From contig OZ252243.1 in NCBI GenBank assembly GCA_965249555.1, positions 704,001-768,000 on the forward strand: a stretch of 64,000 nucleotides of DNA, in the 5' to 3' direction. The position numbers and the translations under genes were made by a program. How positions within the stretch are numbered: the first letter of the stretch is position 1; each line of letters opens with the position of its first letter. Below the pieces are notes generated by a model that made no database searches, had not been told where the DNA came from, and saw only the letters and a program-made list of their open reading frames with translations. This document shows positions 18,601 to 27,738 of the stretch, one piece after another. This DNA is from Nitrosopumilus sp. Its GTDB lineage: Archaea; Thermoproteota; Nitrososphaeria; Nitrososphaerales; Nitrosopumilaceae.

Positions 18601-20854
18601 GTATATCATATGCAGAAGCAAAGTCCCTATCAGAATTACCTACCAAGTCATTAGCATTTTGGCCAACTAGATTATCATTAGTACCATGAGCTATAAGGAT
18701 GCCATCCTTATCTATAACAAATGGATAAGGGTCTATAGTAGTAGAATTATCTATTGAAAATGTTCCAGCATCAGCATCATAACCGGCTATGGCTATATCT
18801 ATAACCTCAATTAATGAAGAACGGTAAAAGTCATCATATGTATCAAAGTATAGTGCATTTAATGCAGGTAGTGTACCATTGCCGGTGTTTATAGTGTGCA
18901 GTTGTATGTCAGCATCATCAAAGTTTTGGGCAGCTAGTGCCATAGTTACTGCAAAGTCATCCTCATAAAAGAAATGATTGTCCAAATCAAGCAATACGCC
19001 CACATTAATTATATTGGAATCATCATCATATGTTATAACAAATGTATTATCAGGATAATATGTGCCAATTCGTACCCAGTTGCTGTCTTCTATACCAAAC
19101 ACTCCAAAGTTAGCGGCATCCAAGTCTCCAAATTCATCTAGTGTGACATCACCTAATGCACCATCATCATTATCATTTATTGCCTTCTCTAAATCCACTT
19201 GTCCATAAGTATAACCTACACCACCAGCTGCATCTATTGCCAGTCCTATTGCCCATATGCTGTCATATGCAGAATATACATACTTTAATGGAGTATCATC
19301 TGGAAATTCATTATCCAATGCTGTTTCTAATGATCTAAATCTTTCAGTGTCTGATTCAAACTCAAATGTGCATGACCTAAAATTTGTGTCAGTTAAAAAC
19401 TCTGCAATATCTTTGTTATCTACAAGCTCTGGTTTTTGTACATCAGCATCAGAACCTACCCATTGTACCAGCCTGAGTGCAGGATATTTCATAGCTTCTG
19501 CTATAAAGTCAGGTGAATGAAATCCGACATAGAGAACAAAAATTCTATCAGCACCATTTGATCTGATTTGTTCTAGTACTATATCATTTAGATCAGAGAC
19601 AAGATCTGTAAACTGACCATTACATGTACCATCATCTGGATCAGGACAATCTGCGTAGGATAATATGCCGTTACTAGCGTAAATTGCATCAGGATCAGTC
19701 TGTTCTTGATATATTGCAGTACCGCCTAGTCCCTCAAATGTCTCAACTGTACTATTAGCTAGTCCGCGGCCAAAGGGATCATTGACATAAACAGGGATTG
19801 CAACTGTCTTGCCTGAATTATACATTAGATTTGCAATGACTGGTCCATGCTTTGCATCACTTGGAACCAAACGATAAATGCTATCAACTACAGCAAGTTC
19901 AGGTGCAGTAGAAGACTGGCTGACTAAAGACAAATCAATAACTGGAGGTCCTTCAATGTATGTCTTTATAGCATCAACAGAAGCGGAACGTGCAGGTCCG
20001 GAGATAAATTGTATGCCCTCACCTATGAGGGATTGAGCTTCTACTAATGATGTAGCAGCATCAGAAGCCGTATCTCTAATGTCTAAAACAAGACGCCAGT
20101 CTGCACTTTTATCAGACAGATATGCGTTAAAATCTACAAGTGCCTTTTCTATTGCAAATTCTTCATGCTCTCCAAAGAATCCAAGTGAACCAGTTTGTGG
20201 AACCAAAACCCCAATGGTTACAGTGGTTTCTCTAGTTACAGTCTGCCTTACAACTTCCTCACTGTCAAATGACAGGACGGCATTGCCTACATAGGAATCC
20301 ACATAATCAAGTGCGATGACTACTCTGTCATCCAATATATCTGGTATAATAGTTCTAGTTCCGATCACTCCGTCCAACGTAACACTGTATGTGCCTAGAT
20401 TGCGGGGGTCAAATTCTACAAATACCTCATCAAGAGAAGGAACTACGTAAACATCAAAAGAGTTTGCCTCTATTGCCGTCTGGCCAGGTGCGTAAGTTAT
20501 TGTTGTGGCAGCAGAAGTAGTTGCAGTGACCTCGTTAGAATCTGCGCTTGTCCCAGTAGCATTTGTTGCCGTAATGGTATACTTGTAATTTGTTTCAGGT
20601 TCCAAGGAATCATCAGTGTATGATGTACCAGTAATGTCCGGTATCTCTAATGTCTCTGTGCCAACAATTCTGGTCAAAGTGTAAGTGCCGACATCATCCA
20701 CTGCACTCCAGAAAAGCGCTATACGTATGTCAGTGAATGATGCTAGTGTAAGTGCGGGAGTTTCAGGTGGAGCATCTTGAGCCTCTGCACTAGTAAATGA
20801 CATTGAGATTGCAAATACGGCAATCAATACTAATGGAAATAGTACCTTATTCAT
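15683..20854 (-). CDS. 1723-aa secreted multidomain protein: FnIII + three LivJ-like (type I) substrate-binding domains + two Cache-like domains
   Basis: Signal peptide; IGVLVPQTG/IGAIVPETG, STAPELAVVDSIYRLVPSD and AYDSIWAIGLA repeated; YPFVIDKDGILIAHG...WWQYTFDN.VTG and YPFVI...WVSYTIDDPVTG are Cache-like segments. Confidence 0.85.
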   Translation of the reverse strand: MNKVLFPLVLIAVFAISMSFTSAEAQDAPPETPALTLASFTDIRIALFWSAVDDVGTYTLTRIVGTETLEIPDITGTSYTDDSLEPETNYKYTITATNATGTSADSNEVTATTSAATTITYAPGQTAIEANSFDVYVVPSLDEVFVEFDPRNLGTYSVTLDGVIGTRTIIPDILDDRVVIALDYVDSYVGNAVLSFDSEEVVRQTVTRETTVTIGVLVPQTGSLGFFGEHEEFAIEKALVDFNAYLSDKSADWRLVLDIRDTASDAATSLVEAQSLIGEGIQFISGPARSASVDAIKTYIEGPPVIDLSLVSQSSTAPELAVVDSIYRLVPSDAKHGPVIANLMYNSGKTVAIPVYVNDPFGRGLANSTVETFEGLGGTAIYQEQTDPDAIYASNGILSYADCPDPDDGTCNGQFTDLVSDLNDIVLEQIRSNGADRIFVLYVGFHSPDFIAEAMKYPALRLVQWVGSDADVQKPELVDNKDIAEFLTDTNFRSCTFEFESDTERFRSLETALDNEFPDDTPLKYVYSAYDSIWAIGLAIDAAGGVGYTYGQVDLEKAINDNDDGALGDVTLDEFGDLDAANFGVFGIEDSNWVRIGTYYPDNTFVITYDDDSNIINVGVLLDLDNHFFYEDDFAVTMALAAQNFDDADIQLHTINTGNGTLPALNALYFDTYDDFYRSSLIEVIDIAIAGYDADAGTFSIDNSTTIDPYPFVIDKDGILIAHGTNDNLVGQNANDLVGNSDRDFASAYDILDSGAPELWWQYTFDNTVTGTDGIKRSLLVLHEPSGHIIGAGYNPPIGDAGHKPLLVEVIDAAIATYDANSADDKFAGITGSFDSDSELFYPFVIHSTSLDIVANAKYPSLVGVNSLDVSTPDRSPEEILSELESVGSTGTWVSYTIDDPVTGLEQTRRAWFVLHDGFVFASPYVIDEKIKYFAGVTFSSSVAQAKPFFDSTDAILISPSSVATSLAVTDNIYRLVPDLSNEKNALTEILATDGKTELLIFYTDDEWGRDYRDSFPDNTNVQALTKEQDYSVAVANMEGFYTALTAGTDPPADAEIAVLLIGLNSHFISLADNIEADSVLGNLKWYTSGAIGYDPTILENSKALEFARKVSFTSVIFGIESNILSLELQDALKPFGVNYHSYHNSAHDSVKLFGDLVTKHSDDFALIKGDLDDPATSYDGTLGQYSLNIFGDLDAPDAYYTISVSDTGDPSWVRTDKTVFGIGAIVPETGRQDDAGDHRKYATFVAVSDFNGYLIENNADWRLSIDVRDSQVNPDVILAEAEDLYNNGISFISGPSISSGLEKIKTDLIEGQSADLSLVSCCSTAPSLAVADNIFRLAPSDLQHGLVIANLLYDDGKRQLIPLHIDDPFGIGFAESTSTKFADLGGTVDDTARTYAFCADKSDITCQGQFPDLVSGLADAVSASSFGSDEIAILYVGFELEHIVRESLQYPALRTVSWIGSDAQVLSSSLVDDPEIKQFLVDVDFTSCIFDADPASPKYIGLYTNLQSKFPNDTPNVYAYSSYDTIWAIGLAVDAAGTDASLDSIASGIPGVVQRNYGALGDISLDEFGDLAAANYAVWGIKQTGWERLGTYYADGGFDSTDLSCSINLESPAINFGKADADSLLSAVKEQIITNTSVKTIDILSVFPSDSLGNPIDSPVIEVLIEGTFERLDSKKELGENLAPLETITIKYRMNFEHAESLLTPDTLVTQNIAYQAICADD

Positions 20855-20891
20855 GCTTTAGTAAAAAAAAGTGATATTATAAAGGTTAAGA

Positions 20892-20981
20892 GTAGATATA
20901 TCAAACACTTTAGATGTATCCATGTGAATTGTTTTTATACATTTCCCACTTTTTTACACCCCAAGGCATAGCCTTCGCTAG
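20892..20981 (-). mobile_element. IS110 right-end relic (20917-20981) joined to an IS66 right-end relic (20892-20916)
   Basis: The reverse complement reads tagcgaaggctatgccttgggg...gtataaaaacaattcacatggaTAcatctaaagtgtttgata. Confidence 0.8.
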
Positions 20982-21015
20982 CAGGTTGCCGAATGTCATT
21001 TATAATTTTGAGAAT

Positions 21016-21330
21016 TTAATTTTTATTTGATTCAATTAAAAATAGATTTTTCTCGAATCTGCCTCGTTTCTCTGCCTTTTCAAGTTGAATTTTACCAAAT
21101 TCTTTCAATGATGTGCCTCGTAGGTTTACAATTTTTTGAATGACTTCCACCATATCTGCAAGTTCTTCTACTGAACTACTTTCATGATATTCTTTCAACT
21201 CTTCATCCAGTTTTTTGTCTAGTTCTACTAGAAACTCTTCATCAGATAATGTTTTGATTTCACATGTTCTGCCATGTTCTTTGATGATTTCTGGAATCCT
21301 ATCTCTGATAGCTTTATGATATTTTGTCAA
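21016..21330 (-). CDS. MazG-like nucleoside triphosphate pyrophosphohydrolase (PRA-PH-like), copy 1
   Basis: YHKAIRDRIPEII..KLDEELKEY..EELADMVEV..KAEKRGRF. Confidence 0.85.
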   Translation of the reverse strand: MTKYHKAIRDRIPEIIKEHGRTCEIKTLSDEEFLVELDKKLDEELKEYHESSSVEELADMVEVIQKIVNLRGTSLKEFGKIQLEKAEKRGRFEKNLFLIESNKN

Positions 21331-21497
21331 ATTTTCTCCCCCAAAAAGAATCGTTTGTTTATAAAGATCATCCTGTGCAGGATCAAGTTAACACTTCTCT
21401 GAAATTACGACTTGGGGAATTTTGGAAAAAATTTAGATCACTCAAATTTAAATGTCAAAATTATAAACCAAGCTTCTATAACTTGACATAACCCAGA

Positions 21498-23621
21498 TTA
21501 CTGATTTGCAATCCAACCGTTTATTCTTATTGCATCTTCTTCTGGGTTGGACAATACAATATGTGAACCGGGTGCAATATTGCATGTGTTTGATTTCTTA
21601 TGCCAGGTCTTTTCATATTCTTCACATGTGTAATACGAGCCATCGTCAGATTCCATGAAACTTTTAACATCTGTCTCTGGTGGCAGTACAAAAATCATAA
21701 GACCATGACTCTTATTACTTGTAGAAAATGAATAGGATATATCCTCACTGCATATCTTCCAGTATACATACCATCCAGACTTTAGTACTTTATTTATTGT
21801 CCAGTCAATGTTGTCATAAACATTTTCGCAATATGATGATGAGGGAATACGTGGTGCAGGACTTGGAATATTGGGATTAGAGTTGCCTGAAGCAAATCTC
21901 TCTTTATCTTGGACATGATTGTTGGGGTTGAGCCATCCATCAGAACCATAAATTTTGGCGACTGCCTCAAGATTCAAGCTGGAAGGTGTCTTTGATTTTG
22001 AGTTTGACCTCTCACATGTTGGCACTCCATCTTCTACACTGCACATGAGATCACCTTTTTTGTTGAATGTATGACCAAGTCCGACTGCATGGATAAATTC
22101 ATGACCTGCTGTAGCTGCTACATCTGCATTTGTATAGGGCTTACCATGATGCGTTGAGCATACATGAGTTTGAATTGGTGTTGTGGCATCTGGATATGCT
22201 ACACCAGAATAATCTGCACATCCAGCATGATCATCATGTGTATCTAGATTTACAATAACGTCAGGCTTTGAATTAAAACTATACCCTGGCGCTACTACTT
22301 CAAAAGTTACATCCCAGTTTCCATCATATTTGTTCTCAAGCAAAGATTTCCACATTAGAATTCCCTCTTTGATTGGAATTATGTGCCCACTGACTTTCTT
22401 GTACGAGTCAGGATTTGGAACTATGGCAACATGTGGAGCCTTGTAAAAAGGCAAAGAATAAAACAATTCCATATACTCACTTCCTGTAGGAATGTAGTTT
22501 GGAGGAGTGGTTGGTAGGGAACCTGATATTCTCAATGGAATTGTGTTTGGGCATGCTCCACCAAATGATCTTGTGGGGTTTTTGTCACATGTTGTCAGCC
22601 TATACGAAAAATAGTTTCCCTCATATACGGCATACACATCTACAGTGCTGTCCTCATCTGCATAGTCTGCAAACCAGTTTGCAGAAAATCTTCCAAGACT
22701 ATCAACATAGCCTGTTGCAAGCAGATCATCACCAGTGAACAGGTCTTCATCTTTGATATACACTACCTTACCTTCTGTACTAGACCCATCAAGTGTTAGT
22801 GTTCCTGAAAATGTGATTACCTCACCGACTTTGGCGGTTCTTGGAAATGAATCCAAAATTATGCTACCGCCATGTTTTAGAACACTCATCTCTTGGTTAG
22901 ATGACCTGTCTCTTTTGTATTTTGAATCACCATCAAACACGGCATAAACATCAAAGTCTTTTTCTATTAATCCTGCACTTGCATTCCATGTAACTGAAAA
23001 ATATCCATTAGAGTCTGTTCTTTTGGAGCCCAGTCTTTGATCACGGGAGAATGGATCATCTTCTAAAATTTTTACAAGTTTATTGGCAAGTGGTTGTCCT
23101 CCAGATGTTAATTTGCCTGTAAATGTAATTGTATCTCCTGCATAAATTGAAGATGGTACCCTGTATAGTGTAATTTGTGTGGAATATTTTGTGGAACTAG
23201 ATGAGCTTGAAGAATGAGATGAGCCAGAATCATAAGATGAAACATTGACGTTGTATGTTGTACTGCGTGCCTTGCTGATATTTGATGTGCCATCATAAAC
23301 TGCATAAAAATCCCATGCTCCACTACTTCGTGGTTGTGCAGTCCACGTTCCTCCAAATTGTCCATTCTCATCTGTGGTGACAGTTCCAATTACTGTATCT
23401 CCTCCAAAGTCAACATCGTCTTTGATGTAAATTGTTGCGCCTGGAACAATATGTCCTGACGTTGTGCCAAGCTGGCCTGAGAAAGTTACTGTGCTTCCTG
23501 TTTTTATCTGAGATGGAATTGGATCAAGTTTTAAAACCCCGGTGTATGACTGGGCTTCAACAGTAATGATTGTAGATGTACTGATTATGCATGCTAGGAG
23601 CAGAAGATATCTGATAGACAT
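21498..23621 (-). CDS. Secreted metzincin (matrixin-like) metalloprotease with three N-terminal Ig-like repeats
   Basis: Signal peptide; 3x (ITFSG.L...I.DD...TD.NG.F...W.A...DVYAVYDG); HEFIHAVGLGH zinc motif with Met-turn DLMC. Confidence 0.85.
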   Translation of the reverse strand: MSIRYLLLLACIISTSTIITVEAQSYTGVLKLDPIPSQIKTGSTVTFSGQLGTTSGHIVPGATIYIKDDVDFGGDTVIGTVTTDENGQFGGTWTAQPRSSGAWDFYAVYDGTSNISKARSTTYNVNVSSYDSGSSHSSSSSSSTKYSTQITLYRVPSSIYAGDTITFTGKLTSGGQPLANKLVKILEDDPFSRDQRLGSKRTDSNGYFSVTWNASAGLIEKDFDVYAVFDGDSKYKRDRSSNQEMSVLKHGGSIILDSFPRTAKVGEVITFSGTLTLDGSSTEGKVVYIKDEDLFTGDDLLATGYVDSLGRFSANWFADYADEDSTVDVYAVYEGNYFSYRLTTCDKNPTRSFGGACPNTIPLRISGSLPTTPPNYIPTGSEYMELFYSLPFYKAPHVAIVPNPDSYKKVSGHIIPIKEGILMWKSLLENKYDGNWDVTFEVVAPGYSFNSKPDVIVNLDTHDDHAGCADYSGVAYPDATTPIQTHVCSTHHGKPYTNADVAATAGHEFIHAVGLGHTFNKKGDLMCSVEDGVPTCERSNSKSKTPSSLNLEAVAKIYGSDGWLNPNNHVQDKERFASGNSNPNIPSPAPRIPSSSYCENVYDNIDWTINKVLKSGWYVYWKICSEDISYSFSTSNKSHGLMIFVLPPETDVKSFMESDDGSYYTCEEYEKTWHKKSNTCNIAPGSHIVLSNPEEDAIRINGWIANQ

Positions 23622-24028
23622 CCATATTTTGGATCATGAGATATAATAAAAAAGATCTGCTTGTATCAACAAAGAATGATGAAAATTAATTCAAATAGTA
23701 GATAATTCCAATGTTTGATTTTAAATTTTTCTGACTTGGAATTTCTAGTCAATTGCGCACAAGATCTATTGTACAGCAATAAGTTGAGACCTGAATGGAC
23801 AGAACCCAGAAAAGATAAATCCTAATGCTTGTCTTTTCAAAATATTGAATTTTGATTATGCATCGGAGAAAGATTTTGAACAATTGTTCATCCAAATCAT
23901 AGATGTTAGTGCAAAAGATAGATGTCATTTAGAATCCTATTTTGTTCATCTAACTGATCTTCTACTGTCATTAGTGATACATTCCTTCAGAAAGTATTGA
24001 GCGTTTGTACTAATCATGGAAAGTTCTT

Positions 24029-24275
24029 CAGTTCCATGTATCCGTGTGACTTGCAGTCTTGTAGTGATTTTTGATAATTTGCTCAAAATTATCACCTAGT
24101 CGGTTTAGTGATTTGTCCAGACTTGCTATATTTGCAGAACATTTCAGATTCCTATTGATCAGTTTGTCAAGATATTTTTCTGGAGGCAATGCGCCAAGTT
24201 TTTTCATATTACAGTCTTTACAGGCTAGTGTGAGATTCCAAATGTTGTCTTCAGCAACATAATCAAATGGTAATG
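24029..24275 (-). pseudogene. C-terminal fragment of an HNH endonuclease paralogous to 35642-37048
   Basis: Manual translation PFDYVAEDNIWNLTLACKDCNMKKLGALP..LINRN..IKNHY aligns with PWSYIFADDAWNLVLACQDCNLKKSGSLP..IRNHY. Confidence 0.75.
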
Positions 24276-24381
24276 ACAGTTGCCGGATTAGGATGAACTC
24301 TTAGATCAATTCTTGATTTTTTACTATGTGTTTGATCAGCATAGTATGTTGCTACTTGTATTGATTTGCCTATTCCACCTT
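24276..24381. repeat. ~105-bp direct repeat, second copy at ~29675-29780
   Basis: gacagttgc.ggattaggatgaactcttagatcaattcttg...cctattccacctt is present at both loci. Confidence 0.85.
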
Positions 24382-24578
24382 TTTCTTTTGATATGATTCC
24401 AATCGCCTGTCTTTGTTTTCAAATCTGGTTTCATGAGGATATTTTTTACAGCATCACAAACCCCTCTAAACTCATTGGAATATACTGAACCTCGAGGACT
24501 GTCGTTTTGTAGAATTACACGAACTGACAATTTTCATGATTGTAATAATAGAATTCACATTCTAATTGTTAATTTTTA

Positions 24579-25241
24579 TCATATATCTGACCGTAACCTA
24601 TTTCCATTCTTGTCAAAATCCATTTTACAATACAACACACCATTCCCATCATATCTCTTCTGCCATTTCCTATTCCCATTCTCATGGTACTCTATTTCAT
24701 AATCTAATTTCCCATTATCATGATATCCTTTTTCCCATTTCCCATTCCCATGGTACTTTATTTCATAATTTAATTTCCCATTCTCATAATATCCTTTTTC
24801 CCATTTCCCATTCCCATTCTCTTGAAGCTCTGCTTCTAATTGCAATTGTCCATTCTCATAATATCCTTTACCCCATTTCCCATTCCCATTCTCATGGTAC
24901 TCTATTTCATAATCTAATTTCCCATTATCATAATATCCTTTTTTCCATTTCTTATTCCCATTCTCTTGAAGCTCTGCTTCTAATTGCAATTGTCCATTTT
25001 CATAATAGCCTTTACCCCATTTCCTATTCCCATTCTCATAGTACTCTATTTCATAATATAATTTCCCATTCTCATAATATCCTTTTTCCCATTTCCTATT
25101 CCCATTCTCATGGTACTCTATTTCATAATCTAATTTCCCATTATCATAATATCTTTTTTCCCATTTCCTATTCCCATTCTCTTGAAGCTCTGCTTCTAAT
25201 TTCAATTGTCCATTCTTATAATAGAGTTTTTTTCGTTTCAT
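24579..25241 (-). CDS. MORN-variant (YwqK-like) repeat protein; probably starts at ATG 25319 with an in-frame TAG at 25293-25295
   Basis: About nine 24-aa units YYENG.L..E.E..ENGN.KW.KG (72-bp repeats); the upstream in-frame sequence reads MGKLPYKE*HENGKLKGEIQYQEDGN. Confidence 0.8.
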   Translation of the reverse strand: MKRKKLYYKNGQLKLEAELQENGNRKWEKRYYDNGKLDYEIEYHENGNRKWEKGYYENGKLYYEIEYYENGNRKWGKGYYENGQLQLEAELQENGNKKWKKGYYDNGKLDYEIEYHENGNGKWGKGYYENGQLQLEAELQENGNGKWEKGYYENGKLNYEIKYHGNGKWEKGYHDNGKLDYEIEYHENGNRKWQKRYDGNGVLYCKMDFDKNGNRLRSDI

Positions 25242-25344
25242 ATTTCCATCCTCTTGATACTGTATTTCACCTTTTAATTTCCCATTTTCATGCTATTCTT
25301 TGTATGGTAGTTTTCCCATTATGTTTGATCCTATTAGTTTTTGA

Positions 25345-25405
25345 GTATGTATCAACCTTCACGCACAAATCAATATCATTACACAAAAAGATCCAAGATC
25401 AACTA
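25345..25405 (+). mobile_element. IS66 left-end relic
   Basis: gtatgtatcaaccttcacgcac...gatcaacta is near identical to 29967-30027. Confidence 0.85.
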
Positions 25406-26413
25406 ACTATATGTGAATACAAAAAGAAGGAATTCAGATAGCATAAAAAATGAACCCAGATCCAGGAGTCGTAATCCATCGTATTCCAAGAAAAGTCCAA
25501 AGAAACAGATTAGGGCAAAAAAAGACAAGGGCATGTATGTTGACATTGACTTGCACAAGGAATTTCTTCTAGCAACAATGGATAATGACAGAAAGATATT
25601 ACAAAACATAAAAGTTGAGAACACTCATAAATCAATCAAGAAACATTTTACAGACATACCAATATTGTCATGGAATCATCATCAGTCTGGTATGGCACGT
25701 ATAGATTTCTTACAGATGAATTAGGATACAAAAATGTTACACTCTCAAACCCGTATCTTACAAAGGCAATAGCTGCATCAAAAAAAACAGGCAAGATTGA
25801 TGCTATGATACTAGCCAGATCTTTTGCGCGGGGGATACATTGCAACATGCCATATTCCAAACAAAAAGATAGTAAAACATCGCCAGCTGGTAAGATACAG
25901 AAAAAAACTCGTTCAGTTTAGAATCTCTCTCAAAAATTCTGTTCATGGAATTTTGTTACAAGAGGGAATCAAGATACCCGGAGTCACGTTCACTGTAACA
26001 TACAACAGAAAACTCATGTTACTAGATGACTATCGCATAGATGGATTTGTACGACAGATAGACTATCCTAATCTGCAAATTGCAGAGATTAATTCAAGAG
26101 TGTATGCTGCTGTAAAGACCAGTCCTGATGCCATGATAATAAAATCAATGCCAGGAATTGGTGACTACTCGTCACTAGTTATCGCATCAGAAATTGCAAA
26201 TATTAACAGATTCAACAACTCTCACAAGTTATGCGCATATGCCGGAGTCGTGCTATCAGTTAGAAATTCTGCAGACACAATACACCATGGCAGTATAACC
26301 AAAAGGGGAAGCATGACACTACGATGGGTTCTTATCCAATGTGTTCATTCTCATGCAATACATGCCAAGAACAGTGACATTACAAAATTTTACAATCGCA
26401 TTAAAAAGAAGAG
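25406..26413 (+). pseudogene. Frameshifted, 3'-truncated IS110 transposase copy
   Basis: Begins actatatgtgaatac, as at 5349; split over ORFs 25413, 25670 and 25824; homology ends at aaaaagaagag (26413). Confidence 0.9.
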
Positions 26414-27738
26414 TACTAGAATTGACTGTACTAAAATGCATAATATTTATCTGTATAGGGATATTTGTAGTTGCCGTCTTCGTGAATTCTTTGAATGATG
26501 AAATTAACAATAATGTAACATTAGTTGTAGAAATTGGTGTCGGAATTATCATTGCAATTATTATTTATAATATTTCTCAAAAAAATGAATTAAAGATTAA
26601 AGAAATGATCGAGGATACATTCAGTATTATTAAAAAAAGAGATGATTTTAGAAAAAAACAAGAAACATATATGAAAAAAATACTTTTAGGCGGATTTATC
26701 AAGATAAAAAATTGTATAGATCAAATATTACATAATGCTAAATCATATGAAAAAGAAAAAGATGCATCTCAGAAGAAACGGTATACAAATGCCATAAAAG
26801 ATAATTGTAAACAAATTAAAGATATTGCTGAAAAAACCCTAGATAATCCAACTCTCATATCAAAAGATTGGTTGGAAGTAAGTAAGATAGATACACTCAA
26901 AACTCTATCATCCTTGTGTAAAAATAGTCCTTCTTTTGAGCATAATAATGTGAATGTTAATTTTTGTGAAAATATAGAAAAGATGATTGATCCTTGGATT
27001 GAAGATTATCGTCAAATATTAGAAAATAAGAGTAGGTCTGAAAAAGAGGTAATATCAATTTCTGAATCAGTGAGTGTACACCTGAAAGAGGATGAAAGCA
27101 GATTAAAAAGCACACCAATAGAATCGGAACCAAAATCTGTTGTGGATAAATTTCCCATTTCTGTTTCGTCGGATCGTACAGTGTATCCACTAGATAGTGT
27201 AATTCATGTACGGGTAAATCTTGGCAACATAATTAAGAAAGAAATCATAACTTATGAAATATTTAATTCAGACAGAGAGTTACTTTTATCACAAACACTC
27301 AATCCGTCTACTTGCAAAGAGTCAGAGTTGTCAAACGCCAATATTTTTCAAGCTGATTTTAAAATGAAAGGAGACAAATGGATAGTAGGAAATGAATATA
27401 TCGTCAGAGCCACTCACGCTGCTTCATATGCCGAAGATTCATTCACGATTGATCAAAGAATGCCTGTTATTCAATCAGATAAATCCGTATACACGATTGG
27501 TTCTGACATGATACTGACTGTGATTGATCCTGATGCAGATAAAGACAATCAAATAGCTGAATATGTTGGCAATAGAAATGATTCCAAATTAATCATTGAA
27601 TCCAAATATGATAAAATTGATGGCTATAAATTAAAAGAGACAGGTGATTCCACAGCAATATTTCAAGGAGTTGTTAGAATTTTGAGAATAAAAAAAGATG
27701 GAACAGTGATTACAAGAAATGTAGATGGAAAGATAATT

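Noticed and set aside
24276-24381. 105-bp repeat as a MITE
   Set aside because: No terminal inverted repeats or TSD were seen; it looks like a duplicated junction fragment.
25293-25295. In-frame TAG as pyrrolysine or recoding
   Set aside because: No pyl genes are present here, and a single-base nonsense change from a Tyr codon is simpler.
24566-25441. 291-aa His/Ser/Ile-rich + strand ORF, and a possible CRISPR-like periodicity
   Set aside because: It is antisense to the MORN-variant gene; the 72-bp units are contiguous coding repeats with no unique spacers and no cas genes.
26341-26413. N-terminus of the 470-aa ORF
   Set aside because: It derives from an alternative frame of the IS110 relic, so it is not the native start.
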